DNA of 64,000 nt from Trueperaceae bacterium (lineage in GTDB: Bacteria; Deinococcota; Deinococci; Deinococcales; Trueperaceae). The stretch spans positions 1,056,001-1,120,000 of the forward strand of contig CBDCDZ010000004.1 in assembly GCA_965215565.1 (NCBI GenBank), in the 5' to 3' direction. Of the stretch, positions 31,239-39,658 are shown in pieces. The number at the start of each line of letters is the position of its first letter. Within the stretch, counting starts at the first letter, position 1. The notes beneath the pieces were generated by a model. The model was not told the origin of the DNA and made no database searches. It saw only the letters and a list, made by a program, of their open reading frames with translations. The translations under genes were made by a program, and so were the position numbers.

Positions 31239-31607
31239 GGGGGCGACCTGGTCTCGACGGGGCTCACGGAGGATAGGGTAGCGTGTAGAGGACGCCGTTG
31301 GCCTCTCTAAAAAACGGCACAGCCATTAACTGGCAATAACAACAGCTCACAGAGCTTTGCACTAGCTGCGTAAAAACAGCTAACCGTCCGCTAGAAGCCC
31401 CGCTTGTGGCTCGCTAGAGGGACGTCCTAAAACAAGCTAGCTGCGTCTTCTAACGTCGGGGCGCAGCGAAACTAAAATGATGTTTAAGCTGGGGGCGCGG
31501 GTCTGTCACCGAGCCCGCCTCCAGCCGACACTCACTCGGTGACTACACACGTAGAAGCCCGTCTGAAGGAGTTTCGGACGCGGGTTCGACTCCCGCCGCC
31601 TCCACCA
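31239..31607 (+). ncRNA. ssrA: tmRNA; tag ORF 31332-31373 encodes (A)GNNNSSQSFALAA
   Basis: GGGGGCG/CGCCTCC-ACCA acceptor stem with G3.U pair, T-arm GGGTTCGACTCCC, tag ending ALAA-stop; TGnTATACT upstream at 31208. Confidence 0.96.
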
Positions 31608-31610
31608 GCA

Positions 31611-31634
31611 GCCCGACCTTGAAAGAGGTCGGGT
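31611..31634 (+). terminator. tmRNA terminator
   Basis: GCCCGACCT-TGAAAG-AGGTCGGGT followed by CTTTCT. Confidence 0.75.
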
Positions 31635-31666
31635 CTTTCTATATACTCGCGCAGCTCTGATAAAGT

Positions 31667-31840
31667 TAGCAGGTATCATCTGGTCAGCTTGGGCGAAGCC
31701 ATGCGAAGCAACGCTCTCACCAAAGGGAACATCGTTTCCTTCGGAAAACTTCGTAATTAGCACGCACTTTAGATGATGATATCTGCGAAGAAGTGTTGCT
31801 TCGCATAGTTGCACTCAAGCAACGATAAGTGGAACTGCTA
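31667..31840 (+). repeat. 111-nt dispersed element, subtype B, with three 21-nt inserts
   Basis: 174 = 111 + 63. Confidence 0.9.
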
Positions 31841-31867
31841 AGTGAACTCAAAGGACGAGTGAACGCT

Positions 31868-32791
31868 ATGAATATCATCTGTCTGGGCGACGCCCTCATA
31901 GACTTCAAGGAAATCGACACGCTGACCTTTAAGGGTTTTGTGGGCGGCTCGCCCCTCAACGTGGCGGTGGCAGCGGCTCGGCTCGGCGAAACGGCGGGGT
32001 TTGCGTCGCAGGTCTCTTCGGACCAGTTCGGTGGGGCGATTCGCGCACATCTGCGAGAGAACGGGGTGAGCACCGAGTTTTTGTTGGAGAGCGACGCCCC
32101 CTCGACGCTGGCTTTTGTCGGTGAAGTCGAAGGCGAGGCTGTTTTTGACTTTGTTGCGAACCGCTCCGCCGACGTCCTCTACGATCCGCAGCCGCGCCAG
32201 GATTTCGGCGACGTCAAGATGGTGCAGTTCGGCTCGATCAGCCTGCTGCAAGAACCCGCCGCGACGACGCTCACCGAGACCGCCGCGAAACACAGGGAGC
32301 GCGCAACCGTCGTGTTCGATCCTAACGTGCGCCCCGCGCTCATCCCCGACAGAGAGGCGTTCGAGGCGCGGCTCAGGCGCGACTGGTTGCCGATCAGCCA
32401 CCTCGTCAAGGTGAGTTCGCAGGATTTGCGCTGGCTCTATCCCGGTGACGCTTACGAGGCGGTAGCGCGGCGGTGGTTAGAAAGTGGTCCCCACGCGGTT
32501 ATCGTGACGGACGGCGGCGAAGGGGTGGCGCTTTACCGCGCTCAACACGACGAACTGCGCGTGCCCTCTTACGACGTCGAGGTAGTCGATACGGTGGGCG
32601 CAGGAGACACCTTTACGGGCGCGCTGATGGTGTCGCTTTTGGGGTGGGGCGAAGCGCACGCACTCGCTGACGAGGCGTGGCGCGGGGTCCTCCGCGCCGC
32701 CGCCGCCGCCGCCGCGCTCAACTGTACCCGCGCCGGGGCTGATCCGCCGACTCGAGAGGAACTCGAGGCATTTTTACGGGAGCATTCCTAA
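31868..32791 (+). CDS. PfkB-family carbohydrate kinase (fructokinase-like)
   Basis: GDALID, GGSPLNVAVAAARLG, FDPNVRP, VVDTVGAGDTF. Confidence 0.92.
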   Translation: MNIICLGDALIDFKEIDTLTFKGFVGGSPLNVAVAAARLGETAGFASQVSSDQFGGAIRAHLRENGVSTEFLLESDAPSTLAFVGEVEGEAVFDFVANRSADVLYDPQPRQDFGDVKMVQFGSISLLQEPAATTLTETAAKHRERATVVFDPNVRPALIPDREAFEARLRRDWLPISHLVKVSSQDLRWLYPGDAYEAVARRWLESGPHAVIVTDGGEGVALYRAQHDELRVPSYDVEVVDTVGAGDTFTGALMVSLLGWGEAHALADEAWRGVLRAAAAAAALNCTRAGADPPTREELEAFLREHS

Positions 32792-32872
32792 ACAAGCCGC
32801 AGTGAGAAGAGGTCTGAGAGAAGCTCTTCTCACTGCATATGCAAACCGTATACGAACCTCGAGCGTACAGCC

Positions 32873-33925
32873 TTAAAGTTGCTCGCGGCGTTTGACATAA
32901 CGCCGCTGCCCAAGGATGTTTTTGACGGATACTGCCCACCAGAGTATCAGGAGTGCTGCGACGGCGAGCGCCACGAGCGGAAGTAGGAGCGTCGGCTGCA
33001 ACGTGCCGATGACCGTAATCACGCTGAGCATCACGCCGATAAGTAAGATTACCGTCGTGACCCGCCTGTGGCTGAGCCCTGCTTGCACGGCCTTTTGGTA
33101 TGCGTGCGTATTGTGCGCTTCGTACCAGCGCTCGCCGCGCAGCGTGCGCAAGATAAGCGTGGCAGTCGCGTCGACGAAGAAAACGGCGAAGAGGGCGAAC
33201 CAGCTCAGCAGCGGCAGTGCGCCCGTATTCTCCGAGTAAATTGCTAAAAGCGCAAAGACGAAGCCCAAAAATCCGCTACCCACATCGCCCATAAAGATTT
33301 TTGCGGGCGGCCAATTCCACACGAGAAAGCCTAGAATAGCGCTGCCTAAAATAAGCGCGACGAACGCCAGCTCGGGATGCTGCGCGAGCAGGAGCAAGCC
33401 CACTGTGACCGTCACGAGGACCCCTTGCCCCGAGGTGAGCCCGTCGATGCCGTCCATGAAGTTGTACAGATTGAGCATCCATACCACACCGAGCCACGCG
33501 AGCGGATAGCCGAACCAGCCCAGCGTCAAAGACGCGCTTCCCAGGGACAGCTCTGGCAGTCCGCCCAGCCAGTAGAGCGCCCACGCCGCCGCGAGCCCTT
33601 GAAAGAGGAAACGCACACCCGAAGAGAGGTCGTAGCGGTCGTCGAGCCAGCCTAGCAGCGCTACCACGCCGCCCCCACCGACGAGCGCCAGCCAGAGCGC
33701 TTCGCGCTCCGGAAAGAGGAGGAAAAAGGCGAGCCCCGCGCCCAAAAACGAAAGGACGAAGGAAAGACCGCCGCCCCTCGGGGTCGGGGTGACGTGAGAG
33801 GAGCGCACGTTAGGTATGTCTAAAATGTCGCGGCGCAGCGCGTAGCGCCTGTACCACCCCGCGAGCATATAGCTGAGCGTAAACACAGCGAAGAGGAAGA
33901 ATGCCGCGATGGGGACACCTAGCAT
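32873..33925 (-). CDS. WbpL-like MraY-family initiating glycosyl-1-phosphate transferase
   Basis: DIPNVRSSHVTPTPRGGG, GWLDD, NLYNFMDGIDG, WNWPPAKIFMGDVGS, HNTHAYQ. Confidence 0.92.
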   Translation of the reverse strand: MLGVPIAAFFLFAVFTLSYMLAGWYRRYALRRDILDIPNVRSSHVTPTPRGGGLSFVLSFLGAGLAFFLLFPEREALWLALVGGGGVVALLGWLDDRYDLSSGVRFLFQGLAAAWALYWLGGLPELSLGSASLTLGWFGYPLAWLGVVWMLNLYNFMDGIDGLTSGQGVLVTVTVGLLLLAQHPELAFVALILGSAILGFLVWNWPPAKIFMGDVGSGFLGFVFALLAIYSENTGALPLLSWFALFAVFFVDATATLILRTLRGERWYEAHNTHAYQKAVQAGLSHRRVTTVILLIGVMLSVITVIGTLQPTLLLPLVALAVAALLILWWAVSVKNILGQRRYVKRREQL

Positions 33926-34066
33926 GGCGTGCCCTGCCAACCTTTAGTGGCTGCGCTGCACTGTAAAGTAGCGCGCGCCAAAGCAGCCCTTCGTAAAGAG
34001 GTGGTTTGCAAAGCAAGTCGCTTAGCGGCTCGCCGAGTGGCGGTTGGTTGCCCCCTCATCCTCACG

Positions 34067-34939
34067 TCAACCCCGTCCTTTCATCAACGCGATTTCGCGT
34101 TTTACGCCCTCGTCAAAAGGTCTCGGGCGATAGCCGAAGTCCGCTTGCGCCGCCCCCAGGCTATACGCTTTATCTTCAGCCAGACGTAAAATCTGCTCCT
34201 CACTGACGGGTGAGGGGAGCCCCGTTCGTTTCGCGACCTTCGCGGCTAGAGCCGCAAGCGCACTCGGGATGTGGACGAGCCGCTGCGTTTTACCGAGCGA
34301 GCGCCGCGCGGTCTTGACCAGTTCATTATAGCTTAGCGTCTGCCCACCGCCGATATTGTAGCTCTGGTTGTACGTTTCGGGCTTGGCGAGCACTTCAGCA
34401 ACTGCCCAGGCGACGTCCTCGACGTGGACGGGCTGCTGCAAAGCGCGCCCCGAGCCCACCACCGGAACGACGGGGAGCCGCTCGCATAGACGCAGCAGCT
34501 TGATAATGTTCTCGTCCTTGGGCGTGCCGTAGATCATCGTGGGCCTCAAAATCGTGTAGGTCAGGCGGCTCTCGCGGATGCTCTTTTCGGCGGCGAGTCG
34601 CAGCGGCTTGGTGCGCGCGTCCAGCTTCGTAAAGATACCCGTCGAACTTACGAACACCGCCCGCTCGACGCCCGCCTCCTCGTACACTCTGACGAGTGCG
34701 GCGGCGGGCAAGTTAGCGAGGTTTGGAACGTTGAGCACTGTGTCGTAAGGTTTCAGCACGTCTTGAAGCGTTTCGGGTTCGCTCAAGTCGCCTTGGACGA
34801 GCGACGCGCCTAGCGCGCGCAAGGTTGTAGTGTCGGAGGAGGGTCTGACGAGACAATCGAATTTCAGCCCTCGCGAGAGCAGTTCTTTGCAGACATGTTC
34901 GCCTAAAAATTTGGTTGCCCCGGTTAGTAGAATGTTCAT
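34067..34939 (-). CDS. NAD-dependent epimerase/dehydratase (extended SDR)
   Basis: ILLTGAT.FLG, TILRPTMIYG, QQPVHVEDVA. Confidence 0.88.
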   Translation of the reverse strand: MNILLTGATKFLGEHVCKELLSRGLKFDCLVRPSSDTTTLRALGASLVQGDLSEPETLQDVLKPYDTVLNVPNLANLPAAALVRVYEEAGVERAVFVSSTGIFTKLDARTKPLRLAAEKSIRESRLTYTILRPTMIYGTPKDENIIKLLRLCERLPVVPVVGSGRALQQPVHVEDVAWAVAEVLAKPETYNQSYNIGGGQTLSYNELVKTARRSLGKTQRLVHIPSALAALAAKVAKRTGLPSPVSEEQILRLAEDKAYSLGAAQADFGYRPRPFDEGVKREIALMKGRG

Positions 34940-35119
34940 AATCGCTCGATTCTTGGCTCTTTCTCGCTTTCAGTCTACGAAACGAGAAGCGTAGAAGTAT
35001 GAATCTCGTCACACTAGGTTGCACGTCCTAAATGATGGGCGTCGTGCGGGCTGCGCGCGCTAGGAACTGAAGCGCGCAGCCAAGAGGTAGTTCGTTTCAC
35101 TAGTGAAGATACGCTTTAA

Positions 35120-35339
35120 TGGCAGTTTCAAAACATACTGAGACGGATGAGCGCAGATTTCAACTCGCAAACCGATCCCGCTCTCAGGCGAAGCCTAGCG
35201 GGACGGCTTCGCCTAAGAACGGAACCTCATCTCTTGAAGTGCGTGCTAGTTACGCAGTTTTCCGCAAGAAACATCATTTTACAAAGTGAGAGTGTTGCTT
35301 CGCACCGCTTCGCGCACTCTGACCAGATGGTACCTGCTG
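35120..35339 (-). repeat. 111-nt dispersed element with inserts of 21+21+67 nt
   Basis: 220 = 111 + 109. Confidence 0.9.
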
Positions 35340-35442
35340 TGAGATTTCTTCACAGCCACCGAAGCGAGACTCGAGGCTTAGCAGCTACGTTCAAAGCTCG
35401 CTACAAACTACGCTCCGAGCGTTGCGGCACCCGCCGGGCTCG

Positions 35443-35465
35443 TAGCAGTTTCGAACACATACACC
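35443..35465 (-). repeat. Relic right end of the 111-nt element
   Basis: Reverse complement GTATGTGTTCGAAACTGCTA versus element end (A/G)TATGTTTTGGAACTGCTA. Confidence 0.5.
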
Positions 35466-35494
35466 TTGTGAAGAGGACTCGAGCCCGCCCCAAC

Positions 35495-36757
35495 TTAGCG
35501 CTGCGCTTGCGCGGCGAGCACGCGCTCCAAGTCCCGCGTGAGCTTCTCCCTGGCGAACATCTCCTCGGCTAACTTGCGCGAGTTCTGCCCCATAACGTCC
35601 AGACGCTCTGGCTGCGCCGCCAAAATCGCGACTTTGTCCGCGAAATCCTGCGCGTTATCCGGCTCGACGAAAACGCCCGCATTGTGCTCTTCCACGAGCC
35701 CCTGCAACCAGCCCGGCATGTTGGTCAGGACGGGCTTGCCCGCCGCAAATGAGTCGAACATTTTGTTGGGCGAACAGGTGTAGAGAATGGGCACATTTTT
35801 GTAGATCGTCATGGCGACGTCGGACGAGGCGACGAGCCGCGCGACGTCCTTCTTAGAGAGGTTTTGCTCCGAGAAAACGACGTTGTCTAGGCCTTCGGCC
35901 TCTTTGCGCGCCTCCAACATGGGGCGCTCTTTGCCGTCACCGTGGAGCACGAAAACGACGTCGTCATGCGCGCGCCGCTTCAACTCCGCCGCGCAGTCCA
36001 GCACGAAACCCAGGCCGTTCGCCTCGCCCATCGCGCCGAAATAGAGCAGCGCGAATTTACCACTCGTGCCTAAGCGCGTCCTAAAGTCTCCCCCGTCCAC
36101 CTCCGGGCTGAAGATGTCTAAGTCCGAGGAGTTGGGGATGACGCTGACTTTTGCGTCCGGGACGCCCTTAGCGAGGATACCCTCTTTCATGCCGGGCGAG
36201 AGCGCGACGATGTGAGAAGCCTGATTGTAGGCGAGCCGCTCGAGCGCCAACGCACTCCACACGAACGGCTTAGACTTTAGGGCCCCCATCTGGATGGGCG
36301 CTTCAGGCCAGAGGTCGCGGACCTCGAAAACGAAGGGTGTGCGCGAACGCTTAGCGGCGTACATCGCGGGGAGCGAGATGGTCAGGGCGGGGCTAGTGGC
36401 AAAGATCACGTCGCCTTCAAGCGACGCGGCTTTGCGCGCCGCGCCCGTCGCGAAGCGGACGTACGACTTGATCCGCTCCGCGTAACCCATGTAGTTCGAA
36501 TAGGGTACGGGCAAGAGGTGCACCTTGATGCCCGCCTCGTCCGCTTCAAACCAGCGCCCCGCCGCCTTCGCGTTAGGGTAAGCGTCTAAGACGTCTACGT
36601 TGCGGTAGTCAGGGCTGTTGAGCGTGTTGCCAAAGCTCGAGGTGACCATATGCACCTCGTGACCCCAAGAGGTGAGCCTGCGGGCGATCTCATACGCTCT
36701 AGTGTGTCCGATCATGGCAGTTGTGCGGAAAAATTGCTCGAGATAAACGATTCGCAT
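35495..36757 (-). CDS. GT4 glycosyltransferase (WbuB-like)
   Basis: GHEVHMVTS, FEVRDLWPE, VIPNSSD, SPNKMFD..AAGKPV. Confidence 0.9.
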   Translation of the reverse strand: MRIVYLEQFFRTTAMIGHTRAYEIARRLTSWGHEVHMVTSSFGNTLNSPDYRNVDVLDAYPNAKAAGRWFEADEAGIKVHLLPVPYSNYMGYAERIKSYVRFATGAARKAASLEGDVIFATSPALTISLPAMYAAKRSRTPFVFEVRDLWPEAPIQMGALKSKPFVWSALALERLAYNQASHIVALSPGMKEGILAKGVPDAKVSVIPNSSDLDIFSPEVDGGDFRTRLGTSGKFALLYFGAMGEANGLGFVLDCAAELKRRAHDDVVFVLHGDGKERPMLEARKEAEGLDNVVFSEQNLSKKDVARLVASSDVAMTIYKNVPILYTCSPNKMFDSFAAGKPVLTNMPGWLQGLVEEHNAGVFVEPDNAQDFADKVAILAAQPERLDVMGQNSRKLAEEMFAREKLTRDLERVLAAQAQR

Positions 36758-36776
36758 TAGGCTAAGCTAACATATG

Positions 36777-36880
36777 TAACGGATATCACCTGGTCAAAAG
36801 CACGCCCCTGTGAGGTGCTGCTTGGCACGTGTTATAAGACGACGCTCGAACAGTCCAAGCTCAGGGAGGTTGGAAAGGCG
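36777..36880 (+). repeat. Highly degenerate relic of the 111-nt element
   Basis: TAACGGATATCACCTGGTCA...TTGGCACG...TAAGACGA...TTGGAA collinear with the consensus. Confidence 0.45.
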
Positions 36881-37223
36881 TTCGCAGGGCTCTTTACCCA
36901 CTGTAGGGCTCTTCGCCCACGCAACAGCCGTGCGTTGAGGAGCAGGATACGCTGACGCTTCACGTTCACTTCATAGTCGGCGCTACACCTGTACAGACTG
37001 CGCAGCTTATGGTCAAATGTACGCTGAGCGCGGAGGTAGGGTGAGCGATCTCAAAGGTGAGGCGGCTCAAAAGCGTTACAGTTGTCGGGGCTAAAGTGTC
37101 GGGGCTAAAGGACTAAGACGGAGGCGTCGGGATAGTAACGCCGGGACTAGAACACTCGAACAGAAACACCCAGACAGAAGCACCGAGACGCAGAAACTTG
37201 GGCGTTGTACATTAAGATAACGA

Positions 37224-38483
37224 ATGGGCTGCGCGGACGAAGGGATCACGAACAGAGGTCATGAGGCTCGAGCGATGAGAATTCTGTATGTCACAACCAA
37301 GCTCCCCTTCGGGCATACTGAGGCGTTCGCCATCTCCGAGATCAACGCGTTGCGGCGCGCAGGGCACGAGGTGCGGCTCGCGCCCTGCACCACTCCGGGT
37401 GACATCGTTCACGGCGACGCGGCGCAGCTCCTCCCCTTGACCTACGTGGAGCCCCTCATCTCGAGCCGCATCATCAGCGGGCTGGGCGCTGAGCTTCGCC
37501 GCGCACCCCGTCATAGCCTGCGCACAGTAGCGAAGATGCTCAGGGGACGCAGACGCATCCCTCTCAAAAATGCCGCAGTCGCGCCCAAAGGGATTTGGCT
37601 GGCGAGCGTCGCGCGAGCGTGGGGCGCGGACCACATCCACGCTTACTGGGCCTCGACGCCGGCAACGATAGCGCTTATCGCGAGCGAAATCGCAGGCGTC
37701 CCCTGGAGTTTCACCGCGCACCGCTGGGACATCGAAGAGAACAACCTCTTGAACGAGAAGGTCTCGAGCAGCAGCTTCACCCGCTTCATCTCGCAAGACG
37801 GGCTCGACGACGCTCACGCGCTCGGTATCACGCAGTTAGCCGAAAAAGGTACCGTCATCCGCATGGGCGTCGAGTTAGAAGAGGCCGAGACGGCACGCGA
37901 AGACGGCGCACAAAATAGCGCTCGAGGTGACGCGCGCTCCACGATCATCTGCCCGGCGAGCCTCATCCCGCGCAAAGGTCTGATTTACCTCATCGGCGCT
38001 GCGTCGCGCCTTAAAGCAAAGGGCTTGGGCTTCAAAATCATGCTCGCCGGGCAGGGCGAGCAGCGCGCTGAGCTAGAGCACCTCGTCGCCGCGCAAGGGC
38101 TGGGCGGGCACATCGAATTTCTGGGTCAAGTCTCGCACGAAAAGCTCATCGAGACCTACCGCTCGGGTCAGGTGGACATCGTCGTGATGCCCAGCTTGCA
38201 CGAGGGCATCTCGGTTGCGATCATCGAAGCGATGTCGTACGGTGTGCCCGCCGTGACTACAGCCGTCGGGGGGATGCCGGAGCTGCTCGCCGAGGGTAGG
38301 GGGCTACTCGTGCCGTCGGAGGACGCGGCGCGCTTAGCGGACGCTCTAGAAAGGCTGCTCACCAAACCCGAACTGAGAGAGCGTATGGGGCAACAAGGCA
38401 AAGCGCACGTCTTCGCGGAGTACGCCATCGAGACAACTGTCGCGCGGATGATCGCGCAATTCGAAGCAGCGAAGCGCGCCTAG
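37224..38483 (+). CDS. GT4 glycosyltransferase (WcaL-like)
   Basis: HIHAYW, WSFTAH..DI, EGISVAIIEAMSYGVP, GGMPEL; start 37224 or 37275. Confidence 0.9.
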   Translation: MGCADEGITNRGHEARAMRILYVTTKLPFGHTEAFAISEINALRRAGHEVRLAPCTTPGDIVHGDAAQLLPLTYVEPLISSRIISGLGAELRRAPRHSLRTVAKMLRGRRRIPLKNAAVAPKGIWLASVARAWGADHIHAYWASTPATIALIASEIAGVPWSFTAHRWDIEENNLLNEKVSSSSFTRFISQDGLDDAHALGITQLAEKGTVIRMGVELEEAETAREDGAQNSARGDARSTIICPASLIPRKGLIYLIGAASRLKAKGLGFKIMLAGQGEQRAELEHLVAAQGLGGHIEFLGQVSHEKLIETYRSGQVDIVVMPSLHEGISVAIIEAMSYGVPAVTTAVGGMPELLAEGRGLLVPSEDAARLADALERLLTKPELRERMGQQGKAHVFAEYAIETTVARMIAQFEAAKRA

Positions 38484-38495
38484 AGGTTATACCTT

Positions 38496-39122
38496 GTGTC
38501 CTTGACCCTACGCACGCTCACCGGCTCACAAATCCGCGACTATCTGAGCGCACTTGCCGACCTGCGCATTCAGGTCTTTCGAGAGTGGCCTTACCTCTAC
38601 GCGGGCGATCACGACTACGAGACGCGCTATTTGCGCACCTTCGCCGAGTCCGAGGGCGCACTGCTCGTCGCGGCGTTCACAGATGAACCCACCCGTGCAG
38701 ACGAACACGCTGACGCGCGTTTAGTCGGTGCGTCCACCGCGCTGCCCCTACAACACGAGCACGCCGAGCTTCGCGAGCCTTTTGAACGTAATGAAGCGGC
38801 GCCGCCGCCGTCCGAACTGTACTACCTCGCCGAATCGGTGCTGCTCCCCGCTTACCGGGGACAGGGCGCAGGGCGGCGCTTTTTCGAGGCGCGCGAGGCG
38901 CACGCTAAAACGCTGGGGTTTACACGCACTTGTTTCGCAGCGGTGCAGCGTGACGATACTGATCCCCGCCGCCCCGAGGACTACCGCGAACTCGCCCCCT
39001 TCTGGCGTCGCCTTGACTACGTCCCCCATGATGACCTCGTCGCCCACCTCGCCTGGCAAGAGGTAGGCGACGATGAGGAGAGCGCCAAGCCGCTCAAGTT
39101 TTGGCTCAAAAACTTGTCTTGA
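38496..39122 (+). CDS. GNAT-family acetyltransferase
   Basis: LRIQVFREWPYLY.G, YLAESVLLPAYRGQGAG. Confidence 0.88.
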   Translation: MSLTLRTLTGSQIRDYLSALADLRIQVFREWPYLYAGDHDYETRYLRTFAESEGALLVAAFTDEPTRADEHADARLVGASTALPLQHEHAELREPFERNEAAPPPSELYYLAESVLLPAYRGQGAGRRFFEAREAHAKTLGFTRTCFAAVQRDDTDPRRPEDYRELAPFWRRLDYVPHDDLVAHLAWQEVGDDEESAKPLKFWLKNLS

Positions 39123-39227
39123 GTATTTGAGCGATTTTGCACTTCCGAGCATAAAGATAAATTTTCTGTAAGCAACGTGTAAACGATTTACGGCGGTGAA
39201 GCTCATCTATGCTGCTTACTGTAGAGT

Positions 39228-39434
39228 ATGACCCAGCTCGAGGACTTCACTCCACTTAAACATTATGCGCAAACCGTCTCTCGCATGAGCGGTTCCGAAC
39301 GCGCCGTCGGCAAAAGGCGACTTAAAGGGCACATGCTCAATTTTATTCGCAAGCACGGCCTCCTCGAGGTCGACGAAACTTGGAGAACGCTCGCGGACGC
39401 GCTTTTTGACATCTACCCGAAACAACTCAACTGA
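39228..39434 (+). CDS. Small hypothetical protein (68 aa)
   Basis: Isolated ORF with a -10-like TACTGT 5 nt before the ATG. Confidence 0.5.
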   Translation: MTQLEDFTPLKHYAQTVSRMSGSERAVGKRRLKGHMLNFIRKHGLLEVDETWRTLADALFDIYPKQLN

Positions 39435-39658
39435 TACGACTGCTACAGCTTCACCAGCCAAAATTCTGCCAGCCCTGCTGCTTCTCCTCCCGAAAGCGCT
39501 GAACCCAACGTTCAGAAAGGTCATCAGCTAAGGGCTCGAGCTTGGGCGGCGCGAAGGTGTGGCGCTCAGGAAATTATAAGAGCGTGCTACCCGTGCGCTG
39601 GGAAAACCAGACCGTATACGAACGGCTCGGTCTCATATATCAACCATTCATTCCCACC

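Noticed and set aside
31239..31870. Prophage or island integrated at tmRNA or the tRNAs
   Set aside because: No integrase and no duplicated tmRNA or tRNA 3' end seen in the window
23030..35572. ORFs 23030..23257, 24466..24693, 28406..28615, 31506..31814 and 35147..35572 sharing QMIPA/QMISA-like words
   Set aside because: They are translations of the reverse strand of the 111-nt repeat, not a protein family; starts, stops and lengths are not conserved
37083..37110. TGTCGGGGCTAAAG repeated twice
   Set aside because: Only two units; simple local duplication
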